Origin: Candidatus Aenigmatarchaeota archaeon
Lineage (GTDB): Archaea > Aenigmatarchaeota > Aenigmatarchaeia > QMZS01
DNA: 64,000 bases
Reading direction: 5' to 3'
NCBI GenBank assembly: GCA_030600555.1
Contig: JAUVLW010000001.1
Span: 6,411-70,410 of the forward strand
This document shows positions 38,162 to 47,547 of this stretch, one piece after another (the first letter of the stretch is position 1; every line of letters starts with the position of its first letter). The notes beneath the pieces were generated by a model, which was given only the letters and a program-made list of their open reading frames with translations, ran no database searches and had not been told where the DNA came from. The position numbers were made by a program, and so were the translations under genes.

Positions 38162-39343
38162 TTATTCTCCAAAAATCTTAGCCCAGAACCCTTTTTTCTT
38201 CTTTTTCTTAAGTTCTACTTCAAGTTTCTTGTTATAAGCATCAATTTTCTTTTCCGCAATCTCCGCGGCTTTTTTGTTGTTTCCTACTCCAACTGTAAGC
38301 CCAACACCAATGATTATAACTTTCTTTTTCACTTCTTTCATGCACCTCCATACTGCTTCATCAACAAAGGGCAGAGCTTCTTTAATCTCTTTTTTCATTG
38401 GCATTAATGCCTGTTCAGGTTTCATTTTAACTATAACCCCGTCAACAGGAATGTTTTTATCTGTGAGGAAAGTCTCTGCAAAGAATCTTTCTGCTCCTCT
38501 TGGACCCATTGCAAACCCAACTCCTTCCGCAACCAATCCTATCTTCTCGCTTTCAAGAGCCCCGCTCGCATCTATTGTGATTATTTTATCTATTTTGTTC
38601 TTTGCGACAATTTTCCTGATTGCTTCATCAATATTTCCAAGGTTTGCTCCAGGACCGTCAGCTTTTAAAATGAAAACATCTTTCCCATCAAGTTTTTTCT
38701 TTGCGACAATTGTTCCTTCAGATATTTTTTCGGTTTTTGTATCCCCGATTATATTTGCGGCGTAAAGCGGACCAATGCAATCTCCAACAGGAATGCTTTC
38801 AATTAAAGCAGGGATAGAGCTATACAATGCTTTCATCTGTTTGTCAATAAAAGGTAATTGCATTTGCAGTATCATCCCTATCTGGAAATTTTTTGTTTGT
38901 TTTATAAGTTCAATAAAATGTTTAATAATCTTTGTTATCTGGTATAAACCGATTGTGTGCGTTATGCTTGCGGCTAAGTTTCTTTGGTATTCTTTTGAAA
39001 ATCCTTCTGTGATATCTTCAACAAATAAATCTAATTTTTTGTCGTGCCTGTTTGTGATATATCTGACTTTCTTTGCAATCCCATTTGGATCTATGGAATC
39101 AGGCTCAACAACAAAAGTTTCCATTATCCGGTCAATACTAGCTTTTAGTTGTTTGTTTGTGAGTTTTGTTTTTTTATCTATTTTTTTAAGTATTAATTTC
39201 TGCGCTTTTGTAGTCATTTCCTCGTAACTTGCGGCTTTGGCATTCAATAATGTAAGAATCTGGTATAGCATTATTCTTGGAAACAAGAACATGAATGCAA
39301 TAAAAAGCACAAAACTAATTATCTCAAATACGCCTCCGAACAT
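38162..39343 (-). CDS. DUF1512 family protein
   Basis: P.SIDPNGI, PVGDCIGP, KADGPG, IDASGALE.E..G.VAEGVG.AMG, IGVG.TVGV. Confidence 0.88.
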   Translation of the reverse strand: MFGGVFEIISFVLFIAFMFLFPRIMLYQILTLLNAKAASYEEMTTKAQKLILKKIDKKTKLTNKQLKASIDRIMETFVVEPDSIDPNGIAKKVRYITNRHDKKLDLFVEDITEGFSKEYQRNLAASITHTIGLYQITKIIKHFIELIKQTKNFQIGMILQMQLPFIDKQMKALYSSIPALIESIPVGDCIGPLYAANIIGDTKTEKISEGTIVAKKKLDGKDVFILKADGPGANLGNIDEAIRKIVAKNKIDKIITIDASGALESEKIGLVAEGVGFAMGPRGAERFFAETFLTDKNIPVDGVIVKMKPEQALMPMKKEIKEALPFVDEAVWRCMKEVKKKVIIIGVGLTVGVGNNKKAAEIAEKKIDAYNKKLEVELKKKKKKGFWAKIFGE

Positions 39344-39386
39344 TATACTATTAGATTAAATTAAATATAGTTCAAATTGGTTGTTT

Positions 39387-40130
39387 TTATTTTTTTATCT
39401 CAGGTTTTACTTCAGTTTCTTTTTTTGATTCTTCAGTTTTTTTTACTTCAACTTTTTCTTCAGATTTTGACTCAATCTTTTTCTCTTTTGATTCTTCTTT
39501 TTTGCTTTCGGTTTTCTCAACCTTTTTTTCTTCAGTTTTAGGTTTTTTAGCAATAGGTTTTGTTTCTATTTTTTCCTCAACTTTGGTTTTCTCTGCCACA
39601 GGAACTTTTGTCTCAGTCTTTTTTGCTTCTTCAATCTGGGTTTTCATTTTTGTTTCAAGTTCTTTGGTTATCTGTGTTTTTAAATCTTTTTTTATTTTGT
39701 CTTTAACTTCTGTTTCAATCTTTGTTTTGGATTCAACTACTTTTTTCCCGGTTTTTTCCTTAAGAATTATTTCAAGATGAGCTGCTTTTATCCTTGAACC
39801 TATATTCCTTTTGTGCCTTCTCCTGTGCATATGAGTTCCTTCCAAAGGCGCTATGTGCAGAATGTACATGTTTTCAGTATCAAGATTCTTAAACTCCGCA
39901 TTCTTTTCAGCGGATAAAATAATATTTAGGACTTCCTTGGTTGTTTTAGGATAATATCGACCCTCAATACTCCTTTTTGATTTCAAAACATCTTCAAGGA
40001 ACTGTTTTGCCACAGGCAAACCAAGACCTCTTACTGATTTGCACACTGGTTTAGCGTTTTTAACCGATATTCTCAGGTTATTTGAGTATGCTTTTGCCAC
40101 ATTATCCCCCTCAACTTTTCTACTATACAT
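39387..40130 (-). CDS. rpl22: 50S ribosomal protein L22 with a long Lys/Glu-rich C-terminal extension
   Basis: LRISVK, GRYYPK, SAEKNAE.K.LD, HLEIILKE. Confidence 0.93.
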   Translation of the reverse strand: MYSRKVEGDNVAKAYSNNLRISVKNAKPVCKSVRGLGLPVAKQFLEDVLKSKRSIEGRYYPKTTKEVLNIILSAEKNAEFKNLDTENMYILHIAPLEGTHMHRRRHKRNIGSRIKAAHLEIILKEKTGKKVVESKTKIETEVKDKIKKDLKTQITKELETKMKTQIEEAKKTETKVPVAEKTKVEEKIETKPIAKKPKTEEKKVEKTESKKEESKEKKIESKSEEKVEVKKTEESKKETEVKPEIKK

Positions 40131-40132
40131 AA

Positions 40133-40519
40133 TTATTTCTTGGATGCGCTAAACTTTGTCCCCTTTGAAGCGCCTATACCAGCAGAACCATGATGAAGTG
40201 ATTTTCTTGTTAATGCGAATTCACCAAACCTGCGTCCCACAAGTTCTTCAGTAATATCAACTGCGACAAATTCTTTTCCATTATGAATCCCGATTTTGTG
40301 TCCTATCATTTCAGGTAAAATTATCATATCTCTACAATGGGTTTTAATAAATTTTCGCCCTTTCTGCTCTTTAAACTTGTCTATTGCGGCTAATACTCTA
40401 TTTTCTTCTTCTGTAAGCCCTCTCTTAAATTTCCTTCTTATTTCAGAGGGTAATAACTCTACAAATTCTTCTCTTGAGAGTTCTTTTGGCTTTTTCCCCT
40501 TGTAAATAAATTCTGCCAT
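40133..40519 (-). CDS. rps19: 30S ribosomal protein S19
   Basis: [37 protein letters not shown]. Confidence 0.96.
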   Translation of the reverse strand: MAEFIYKGKKPKELSREEFVELLPSEIRRKFKRGLTEEENRVLAAIDKFKEQKGRKFIKTHCRDMIILPEMIGHKIGIHNGKEFVAVDITEELVGRRFGEFALTRKSLHHGSAGIGASKGTKFSASKK

Positions 40520-40585
40520 AATTAAGAATAAAAATTAAATAGTTATCTAATTACTGATATTTCAATATTATTTGGGGTATTATAT

Positions 40586-42373
40586 ATGAATCTAAAAAAA
40601 TTGCAGGAATTCCTCGGTTCTGGCAAGGATTTGGGTGAATTGCCCGATTATTTTTCAATAATTGTTGATGAGAGAAAATTTGAGTTTAAAAGAACCCCCA
40701 AAAAGCCCCAAAAACTGGTAAAATACCCAAGAGACAAATTAATGGAAGAAATAAAATGGCCTCAGAATGCGGGAACCTATGATATTGGGGATGTTGCAAA
40801 TCCGGTTATGTTAATCTGCCCTTCTCAGGACAGGGAATTGCAGGAACATGCAATTTATGCGGGAGTTTGCGCAACAGGACCTTGTTTAACCCCGAGAGGA
40901 GTTGAACTCCTGATAACAAACACAATCTCAAACCCAAACATAAGGTTTTTAATTCTTGCGGGAAGAGATTCCGGGCATTTAACCGGTGATTTAATTGAAA
41001 ATTTAATACTGAACGGGGTTGATGAAAACAGAAAGGTAATAGGCTCAAAGTGCCCTTCTTTCCCTTATCTCCCAAACCTGAGTCTGGAAGCAATAAATAG
41101 ATTTAGGGAACAGCTGGAAGTTATAGATTTGATTGGGGTTTTTGATTCCACCCTGATAACTTTAATAATTAGGCTTTGTTTGCAGGAACCGATTAATGCT
41201 TATGAATTGACCTATGAAGAAAAACCTTCATCTCTCTTTAAACAAATTGAGGACCCTAAGAAAATCACTCACATCTTATTTGATAAAGGTGCTGTGAGCA
41301 AAGAACCCATGGTCTTATCTTATTCTTTAGTGGATTTGCAGTCCCTTCCTTACGAAGCATTTTCAACAACAGGAACCACGGTTTACGCTTCCACTGTTGA
41401 GGAAGCCCACAAAATACTTGTTGACTTTTTAAAAAGAGCGGGGGTGTGGGTAAAACAGGAGAGCAATAGGATGGGTCTGGATGTAATCGCAACAACAATT
41501 GTTGTGGAAAATCTTGAGCAGGGTCTTTACCCAAAAAATTACAAACCTGTGGAATGGGTTGATTCTGATGAAAAAATGAAACAATATTTGAAAGCTTATG
41601 GTGTGTGGAATTACTTAGTTCCCTGGAGCAATGTTGTGTTTGATGAAAATCTTGAGAAGACAGTTCCTTCAATTCCGGACATGAAATATTTATCTTATTC
41701 TTACGGAACGAGGATTACCGCAAAGGGAATGGATTCCTGCAAAAAAGAAGAGAGGGGAGGAATTATTAAATTGGTGAAATCTTTCCAGGAAAAACATTAT
41801 GAAAAAGTTCCTAATTTTAAATCAATCCTAAATTTTTATCATGATTTGGAAAGTGTTCAAAAACAAAGTTTTAATCAGTTGCTGGCAATTACCAAAGCAT
41901 GTTCGATTATTGTTAAGGATAATATTACCGGGACTTACAGACCTTACCTGCAGTTGCACGTTGCGGATGATTTAAAACCAATTGACCCAAGAAAAATGCA
42001 TAATCCATGTTATTGCATGTTTGTTCCGTTTTTCAGGAAAACTTATTATAGGGAATATAATAAGGATGGAATTACTCGCAGGTTTTTAGTTCCTTCTTTG
42101 AGCGTGGAGAAAGAAACAGATTTGAAATATGATTGGTTGTTTATGCCATCGGCTTATTTGAGAGCCCATGACTGGTTTGCTTTTCCCGCAAATGTCCACG
42201 GGTCTTTAGCTATGGGGAATTTTATATTGCAGAATATTGAACAGGAGACCGGGAAGAAAATTCCCTGGGGTTGTTATTCACATCATGCTTCGTCATTGCA
42301 TCTTGTTGATTATTCTTTTGATAAAAATATGCTTGAAAAACTTAACCGAACTTTACCTTCAGACAAACATTGA
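40586..42373 (+). CDS. Fusion of an MtrA-like (corrinoid-binding) domain and a thymidylate synthase-like domain
   Basis: N-terminal GPCLT..GVE...NTISNPNIRFLILAG.DSGHLTG...NGVDENRKVIGS...PYLPNL..EAINRFREQLEVIDLIG; C-terminal YSYGTRI, NQL, NPC, RAHD, AFPANV, SLH. Confidence 0.85.
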   Translation: MNLKKLQEFLGSGKDLGELPDYFSIIVDERKFEFKRTPKKPQKLVKYPRDKLMEEIKWPQNAGTYDIGDVANPVMLICPSQDRELQEHAIYAGVCATGPCLTPRGVELLITNTISNPNIRFLILAGRDSGHLTGDLIENLILNGVDENRKVIGSKCPSFPYLPNLSLEAINRFREQLEVIDLIGVFDSTLITLIIRLCLQEPINAYELTYEEKPSSLFKQIEDPKKITHILFDKGAVSKEPMVLSYSLVDLQSLPYEAFSTTGTTVYASTVEEAHKILVDFLKRAGVWVKQESNRMGLDVIATTIVVENLEQGLYPKNYKPVEWVDSDEKMKQYLKAYGVWNYLVPWSNVVFDENLEKTVPSIPDMKYLSYSYGTRITAKGMDSCKKEERGGIIKLVKSFQEKHYEKVPNFKSILNFYHDLESVQKQSFNQLLAITKACSIIVKDNITGTYRPYLQLHVADDLKPIDPRKMHNPCYCMFVPFFRKTYYREYNKDGITRRFLVPSLSVEKETDLKYDWLFMPSAYLRAHDWFAFPANVHGSLAMGNFILQNIEQETGKKIPWGCYSHHASSLHLVDYSFDKNMLEKLNRTLPSDKH

Positions 42374-42640
42374 GAAAAATAAGAAGAATATGAATAGCGT
42401 GAGCAGGGCAATTAATGCAATTCTTGCGCTTCCAACCGCAAACTTGCTGAGAAAATATACTAAAGGGGTTAATACAAGGAATGCAAGGATAACCCCGGAT
42501 GGACCTCCAACAGTAATTCCATAAATAAGGGAGTTGATGAGTTGTATGAATAATGAGAATACTGAGACAATTGTTGAGACTGTGTTTGATAAGATTACAT
42601 AAAAAATCTGGAATAAAATCGACAATGGCGAATCTACCAT
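42359..42640 (-). CDS. Small membrane protein
   Basis: 93-aa hydrophobic ORF. Confidence 0.65.
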   Translation of the reverse strand: MVDSPLSILFQIFYVILSNTVSTIVSVFSLFIQLINSLIYGITVGGPSGVILAFLVLTPLVYFLSKFAVGSARIALIALLTLFIFFLFFSMFV

Positions 42641-42763
42641 ATACTATTTAGTTCTTAATGGATAATATGTAATTTTTGCATTATTCTTAATTGCAGGGAT
42701 TAGTTTTAGACAAACTTAAAAATGAATTAATTTTGGATAACTCCATTATAAATAATCTATTTT

Positions 42764-43639
42764 ATGGAGTGGTATGTATTTGCTTTTGCCTGCGCTTTTG
42801 TGGTTTCACTTGCCGCCATAACCGAAAAAAGAACATTAATCAAAGAGCATGCAATGGAATTCTCCACAGTTCTTGCAATATTCAACTTTATATTATCCAT
42901 CCCTTTATTGGTCTTTGCGGATTTTAGCATATTTTATAACTCAATAGATTTGCTTATTTTAATTTATTGCGCCTCGCTTCTTGGAAGTATTGCTTTTCTG
43001 TTAATTGCGAAAAGCATGAGACATATGGATATTTCAAGGGTATCCCCATTACTTAATTTCAGTCCTGCTGTAGTGGCTGTATTGGCATTTGTACTTTTAG
43101 GTGAAAAACTTACTTTGATTCAAATATTTGGTATTGTGATCCTCATGATTGGCGCTTATCTGTTAGAATCAAAAAATGGCATGAAAACTTTTTCAAAAAC
43201 AATGAAAGAGTTTACGACTTCAAAATATATTTTTTATATTGTTATTTCTTTTTTTCTCTATGGTTTAAGTTCAATAATTGATAAGTATTCCCTTGGGTTT
43301 ATGACTCCTGTTACTTATCTGGCAACCCTGCAATTTTTTATAGCAATAAATTTTATTGTGATGATAAGTCTATTTCATAATGGGGTCTCTGGAATAAAAA
43401 ACGGGATTAATAGAGCCGGGAAATGGATATTCCTTGTTGCTGTATTTACTGTATCTTATAGACTTCTGCAGTTGCAGGCAGTATCAATGGCATATGTAAG
43501 TCTGGTAATACCAATTAAAAAATTAGGAACTCTTTTTTCAACAATAATCGGAGGTAAAGTGTTCCATGAAAAAGATTTATTGAAAAAAGGTATTGCCTGT
43601 CTGGTTATGCTTATTGGGGTGTATTTGATAGTTATCTGA
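42764..43639 (+). CDS. EamA/DMT family transporter
   Basis: Two EamA repeats; SRVSPLLNFSP, LLGEKLT, FHEK. Confidence 0.9.
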   Translation: MEWYVFAFACAFVVSLAAITEKRTLIKEHAMEFSTVLAIFNFILSIPLLVFADFSIFYNSIDLLILIYCASLLGSIAFLLIAKSMRHMDISRVSPLLNFSPAVVAVLAFVLLGEKLTLIQIFGIVILMIGAYLLESKNGMKTFSKTMKEFTTSKYIFYIVISFFLYGLSSIIDKYSLGFMTPVTYLATLQFFIAINFIVMISLFHNGVSGIKNGINRAGKWIFLVAVFTVSYRLLQLQAVSMAYVSLVIPIKKLGTLFSTIIGGKVFHEKDLLKKGIACLVMLIGVYLIVI

Positions 43640-43686
43640 GTTGGAATTTCTTAAAAGTTGTATGAACTAAGAAATAATAGTTTGGT

Positions 43687-44202
43687 TTATAATTTCCCTA
43701 ATTTTTCAAGAATTTTGACACCTCTTTCAATATAAGCAGGTGTTTCACGCCTTTCCAGATCTTGTTTTATTATATCATCAATATTTCTTGGTTGGTAAGA
43801 ATAATAGCGTGTATTTCCTGAATCATCATTTGTTTTTTCTGTGCCCAATTCATAATCTTTTCTTCTCAAATTATTTGCAGAGATAAATGGATTTTCTTCA
43901 CTTATTTTTGTTGGGTTTTTGGAGGTCAATATTTCAGTAAAATAAGGGTCTCCAAGATATTGTAGGTGTTCTGTAAAATCTTTATAAGGTGCGGAATTTT
44001 CTGTATGGACCTGATGAAGAGCTACAGTAAAATCATCTTCTGTAACACCGTTTGTTTTATGGTAAAGTTCATACGCTTCAAGTATTTCTTCAGGTACTCC
44101 AAAACCCCTGTTTTGAAAATTGGAATAAATCTGTTCTGGTGATTTTCCTAGGTCAAACAAGCTACCAGCTAAATGTAATTCTTCCATAAAATTAAAACCC
44201 AT
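43687..44202 (-). CDS. Hypothetical protein, paralogue of 44244-44711
   Basis: Shared P..IY, KI...NPF and Y..RG..IL..L motifs. Confidence 0.7.
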   Translation of the reverse strand: MGFNFMEELHLAGSLFDLGKSPEQIYSNFQNRGFGVPEEILEAYELYHKTNGVTEDDFTVALHQVHTENSAPYKDFTEHLQYLGDPYFTEILTSKNPTKISEENPFISANNLRRKDYELGTEKTNDDSGNTRYYSYQPRNIDDIIKQDLERRETPAYIERGVKILEKLGKL

Positions 44203-44243
44203 AAGTTTTTAAAGGAACAACTGGTTTTTTGAATAAAATTCAA

Positions 44244-44711
44244 TTATATTCTTTCTAATTCTGTAAGAATTTCAATACCTCTTCGTACGTATTCATTATC
44301 TTCTGGTCCATCTATCAAATCTCCAAAGGCATATATATCCATAAAAGGATTATTGTCATTTATTTTGTTTGAATGATAAATAATTCTAAAATTATCATCT
44401 CCTGTGTAGAGTTCATATTCTTCAATATCTCTGAATACATTTGAATGTTTCTCAAAATCCTCCTGCATTTCAGCAGGTTCTTTATATCTTTTACTATTCT
44501 TATCAAACTCAGATTTACTTATAAATCTTCTTTTTATTTCAAGATGCTCGAGATAGGCGCCATAACTTGGAAATCCCCCATTATAAGCTCTGTGATAAGC
44601 TCTAATAGTATTTAGTGAACAGGATATATTTTTCTCTAAAAGTCTGTTATAAATTTCTCTGGGAATTAACCCTTCTGTGCAATATTCTTTCACTAATTTT
44701 TCTATACCCAT
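44244..44711 (-). CDS. Hypothetical protein, paralogue of 43687-44202
   Basis: Shared P..IY, KI...NPF and Y..RG..IL..L motifs. Confidence 0.7.
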   Translation of the reverse strand: MGIEKLVKEYCTEGLIPREIYNRLLEKNISCSLNTIRAYHRAYNGGFPSYGAYLEHLEIKRRFISKSEFDKNSKRYKEPAEMQEDFEKHSNVFRDIEEYELYTGDDNFRIIYHSNKINDNNPFMDIYAFGDLIDGPEDNEYVRRGIEILTELERI

Positions 44712-44726
44712 AAAGTAATAAAATAA

Positions 44727-45419
44727 TCATTTATTAAGGTAATATTTTCTCTTAGTTTCATCAAATTTTTCAATTGAATACCGCAACATTGTCCTTGGCA
44801 TGGTTTTATGGTATTTTTCAAGGAAAGTTTCCTCTGTTTTTTGGTCTCTTTTTCCGATTTCTCTCAGCATCCACCCAACCGCTTTGTGGATTAAATCGTG
44901 GTTGTCGTTTAGGAGAATTTCTGATATTTTTAGGGTATCTTCAAATTCGTTGTTTTTTATGAATGTATGTGTTGAGATTATTGAAATTCTTTTTTCCCAC
45001 AGGTTTTTTGAGTTGGCGAGTTTGTATAGAATTTTTCTGTCTTTGTTTAGGAGGTAGTTTCCAATAATATGGGGGGCTGAGATATCAACCAAATCCCAGT
45101 TATTGATATTGGTTGTGTTCTTCAGGTAAAAGTCAAATATTTTTTTCTTTTCGGTTTCATCTGATTTCCTGTATTTGTCAATGAGTATAAATAAGGAACA
45201 TGCCCTGTATTCGTGGATGTTTGTTGATAATAATTCCTGCAATTCTTCAAGGGATAAGTTGATATATTTCTTTGCAATCTTTCTTTGCTCGGGAACAATG
45301 ATTCCAAGAAAAGTATCTCCTTCTCCATACTCGCCTTTTCCAGTTTTAAAAAATCTTAGATAAACTTTTGCTTTCTCCGGGTTTTTTAGGGATTGGAGTT
45401 CTTGTTTTAGTGTTGGCAT
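44727..45419 (-). CDS. alkD: DNA alkylation repair protein (AlkD-like)
   Basis: FFKTGKGEYGEGD.FLG..VP, NNWDLVD, HDLIHKAVGWMLRE, MPRTMLRYSIEK. Confidence 0.92.
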   Translation of the reverse strand: MPTLKQELQSLKNPEKAKVYLRFFKTGKGEYGEGDTFLGIIVPEQRKIAKKYINLSLEELQELLSTNIHEYRACSLFILIDKYRKSDETEKKKIFDFYLKNTTNINNWDLVDISAPHIIGNYLLNKDRKILYKLANSKNLWEKRISIISTHTFIKNNEFEDTLKISEILLNDNHDLIHKAVGWMLREIGKRDQKTEETFLEKYHKTMPRTMLRYSIEKFDETKRKYYLNK

Positions 45420-45509
45420 AATATTTTTGACATATTAATTTAGTTGTGGGTTGATGAACCCACTTATTTTTCAAGCAGACAATTTTTACCTTCCAGCATA
45501 AAAAATAAA

Positions 45510-46463
45510 TTATGCGCGGGAAGATGGTTTAAGCAGTTGTTTGTAAAAGGATATGTTGATTGTTTCCCCCTCAATATCTTCAATATATCTTGTTATGTCA
45601 TCCAGATAATTTTGGATGGTTTTATTATTAATCTGCGAGATAAGATTATTTATTTTTTTGAAGTCACTATCTTTTGTCTTTTCAAAAATTTTAGATGTTT
45701 TATGGATGAGATGACTTATAGTTCCGTTAAGTTTATATTTAATAAATGTTAAAATTTCTTTTTTGTTTTCAAAACAGGTTTCATGTTTATTTAAATATTC
45801 TCCGAGTCTGTAAAGATCATCTCCAATATTCTCTAATTTCTTGCTTATCAAAAAATATGAAGGAATCAACGATGTATTTTTTATTTTTGATGAATGCAGA
45901 ATCTTTGAATCTGTAAGCGATAATGAAATAAGTTTTGTCCCCAGATGATATAATCTGTCAATTTCATTTTCATTTATTCTTATTTCTTCAATATCTATTT
46001 CATTTAAAATGTTTGAAAGAGATAATTCAAGTATGGTATTTATCCGGTAAAATATTTGGTAAATGGTGACTTTTGATTCGTCCAGCAGTATTTTTAGGGT
46101 AATCTTTTTATTGTCTTCATAGGTTATTTCAGTCCCGCTCATATGCGCCAGAGTTTTTCTGATTTTTGTTTTGACTTCTTTTGTCAACTCTTTTTTGGAA
46201 TATAGATTGATATTTTCAATTCCAAGGTAATATAATACAAATACAATCTGGTCGATATTATTGAGGTATTCATCAATATTCAGGGAAATCTCATCCATTT
46301 TTTTTCTTTTGATTAAATGAGAAGACAAGAGCAATGTTTGGTTATCTTTTTCATAAATCAATAGTTCATCTTTTTCTTTTAATTTATTCTTTTTAACCCA
46401 TTCCTTTGGCAATGAAATGGAATAAGTGCTGCCCGCAATCAATTGTATTTTTCTCCTGTGCAT
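45510..46463 (-). CDS. phoU: Archaeal phosphate uptake regulator (AbrB-like N-terminus plus PhoU)
   Basis: RKIQLIAGSTYSISLPKEWV, ENEIDRLY, LENIGD; divergent from pstS. Confidence 0.9.
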   Translation of the reverse strand: MHRRKIQLIAGSTYSISLPKEWVKKNKLKEKDELLIYEKDNQTLLLSSHLIKRKKMDEISLNIDEYLNNIDQIVFVLYYLGIENINLYSKKELTKEVKTKIRKTLAHMSGTEITYEDNKKITLKILLDESKVTIYQIFYRINTILELSLSNILNEIDIEEIRINENEIDRLYHLGTKLISLSLTDSKILHSSKIKNTSLIPSYFLISKKLENIGDDLYRLGEYLNKHETCFENKKEILTFIKYKLNGTISHLIHKTSKIFEKTKDSDFKKINNLISQINNKTIQNYLDDITRYIEDIEGETINISFYKQLLKPSSRA

Positions 46464-46478
46464 AATTGTAAAAGAAAA

Positions 46479-46531
46479 GTAACTATATAAATATTTATGT
46501 AACTATATAGTTTATATAGGATAACTATATA
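46479..46531. promoter_or_regulatory. Three TAACTATATA boxes in the phoU-pstS intergenic region (candidate operator)
   Basis: TAACTATATA at 46480, 46500 and 46522; the middle copy forms the palindrome AACTATATAGTT. Confidence 0.6.
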
Positions 46532-46593
46532 TATTATCCTACCATATGAGTATATGGAAATTAAAGTTGCAGAAGCAATAGATTGGGTGAATT

Positions 46594-47535
46594 ATGGGAG
46601 ATAATAAAAAATTGAACGGTGTTTATTTAGCGGGCGCATTATTATTGATTATTTTAGTGTCCGGGTGCACCACTGAAAATAAGATTACGGGAGATCATGT
46701 AAAAATTGTTGAGAACATTGAGATAAAAGGTTCGGATACTTTATTGCAGTTGGTTTCAAATATGGCTGAAGCTTATATTGAAAATAAACCTGATGCAAAA
46801 ATATCTGTAACAGGCGGAGGTTCTGGAACAGGCATTGCCGCGTTGATTAATGGCGAAATTGATATTGCGGATGCTTCCAGAAAAATTAAAGAAGAAGAAT
46901 TGGAACAGGCAAAGGGAAGAGGAATAAATCCATGGGAGTTTATAATTGCAAGAGATATGTTGTCAGTAATTGTAAGCAAGAACAATCCTGTGTCGGAGTT
47001 GACTCTAGGACAGATAAGCAAAATTTACAAAGGAGAGATTACTAATTGGAATGAAGTTGGGGGAAATAATCAGAAAATTACTCTCTACGGAAGGCAGAGC
47101 ACTTCAGGAACATATTCATATTTTATGAAAAAAGTTGTGGAAGGAGATTATTCTCCTCATATGATGAATCTGGAAGGAAATCAGGCAATTGTGGATGCGG
47201 TTAAACAGGATAAAGAAGGGATAGGATATGTTGGGCTTGGTTATATTGCGGACGAGAATGGCAATCCTGTTGGAGGCATAAAAATAGTGGAAATAGCAAA
47301 GGATAAAAATTCCCAGTATGTTTCTCCTTTGGATGAATCAAAGCATTCCTTATATCCGATTTCCAGACCATTGCTTCAGTATCTGGCAGAAAAACCAATT
47401 AAAAATTCCGGGGTTTACAACTTTTTAAAATTTGAGTTGAATGCTGAAGGGCAGGAGATTGTAAAAAAAGCGGGATTTGTTCCAATAACTTCAGAAGACA
47501 GGAACCACAATAAAGAGTTGTGGAATAAGATTTAG
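46594..47535 (+). CDS. pstS: Phosphate ABC transporter substrate-binding lipoprotein
   Basis: Lipobox SGC, GSDT, GGGSGTG, DIADASR, SGTY, YPISRPL. Confidence 0.96.
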   Translation: MGDNKKLNGVYLAGALLLIILVSGCTTENKITGDHVKIVENIEIKGSDTLLQLVSNMAEAYIENKPDAKISVTGGGSGTGIAALINGEIDIADASRKIKEEELEQAKGRGINPWEFIIARDMLSVIVSKNNPVSELTLGQISKIYKGEITNWNEVGGNNQKITLYGRQSTSGTYSYFMKKVVEGDYSPHMMNLEGNQAIVDAVKQDKEGIGYVGLGYIADENGNPVGGIKIVEIAKDKNSQYVSPLDESKHSLYPISRPLLQYLAEKPIKNSGVYNFLKFELNAEGQEIVKKAGFVPITSEDRNHNKELWNKI

Positions 47536-47547
47536 GTTGCAAATAAT

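Noticed and set aside
38111-39780. Long plus-strand ORFs opposite DUF1512 and rpl22, and similar antisense ORFs across the window
   Set aside because: Ser/Phe/Ile-rich shadows of well-supported genes on the other strand
40586-41200. Evidence for methanogenesis (Mtr complex)
   Set aside because: Only a fused, anchor-less MtrA-like domain is present; no other mtr or mcr genes in the window
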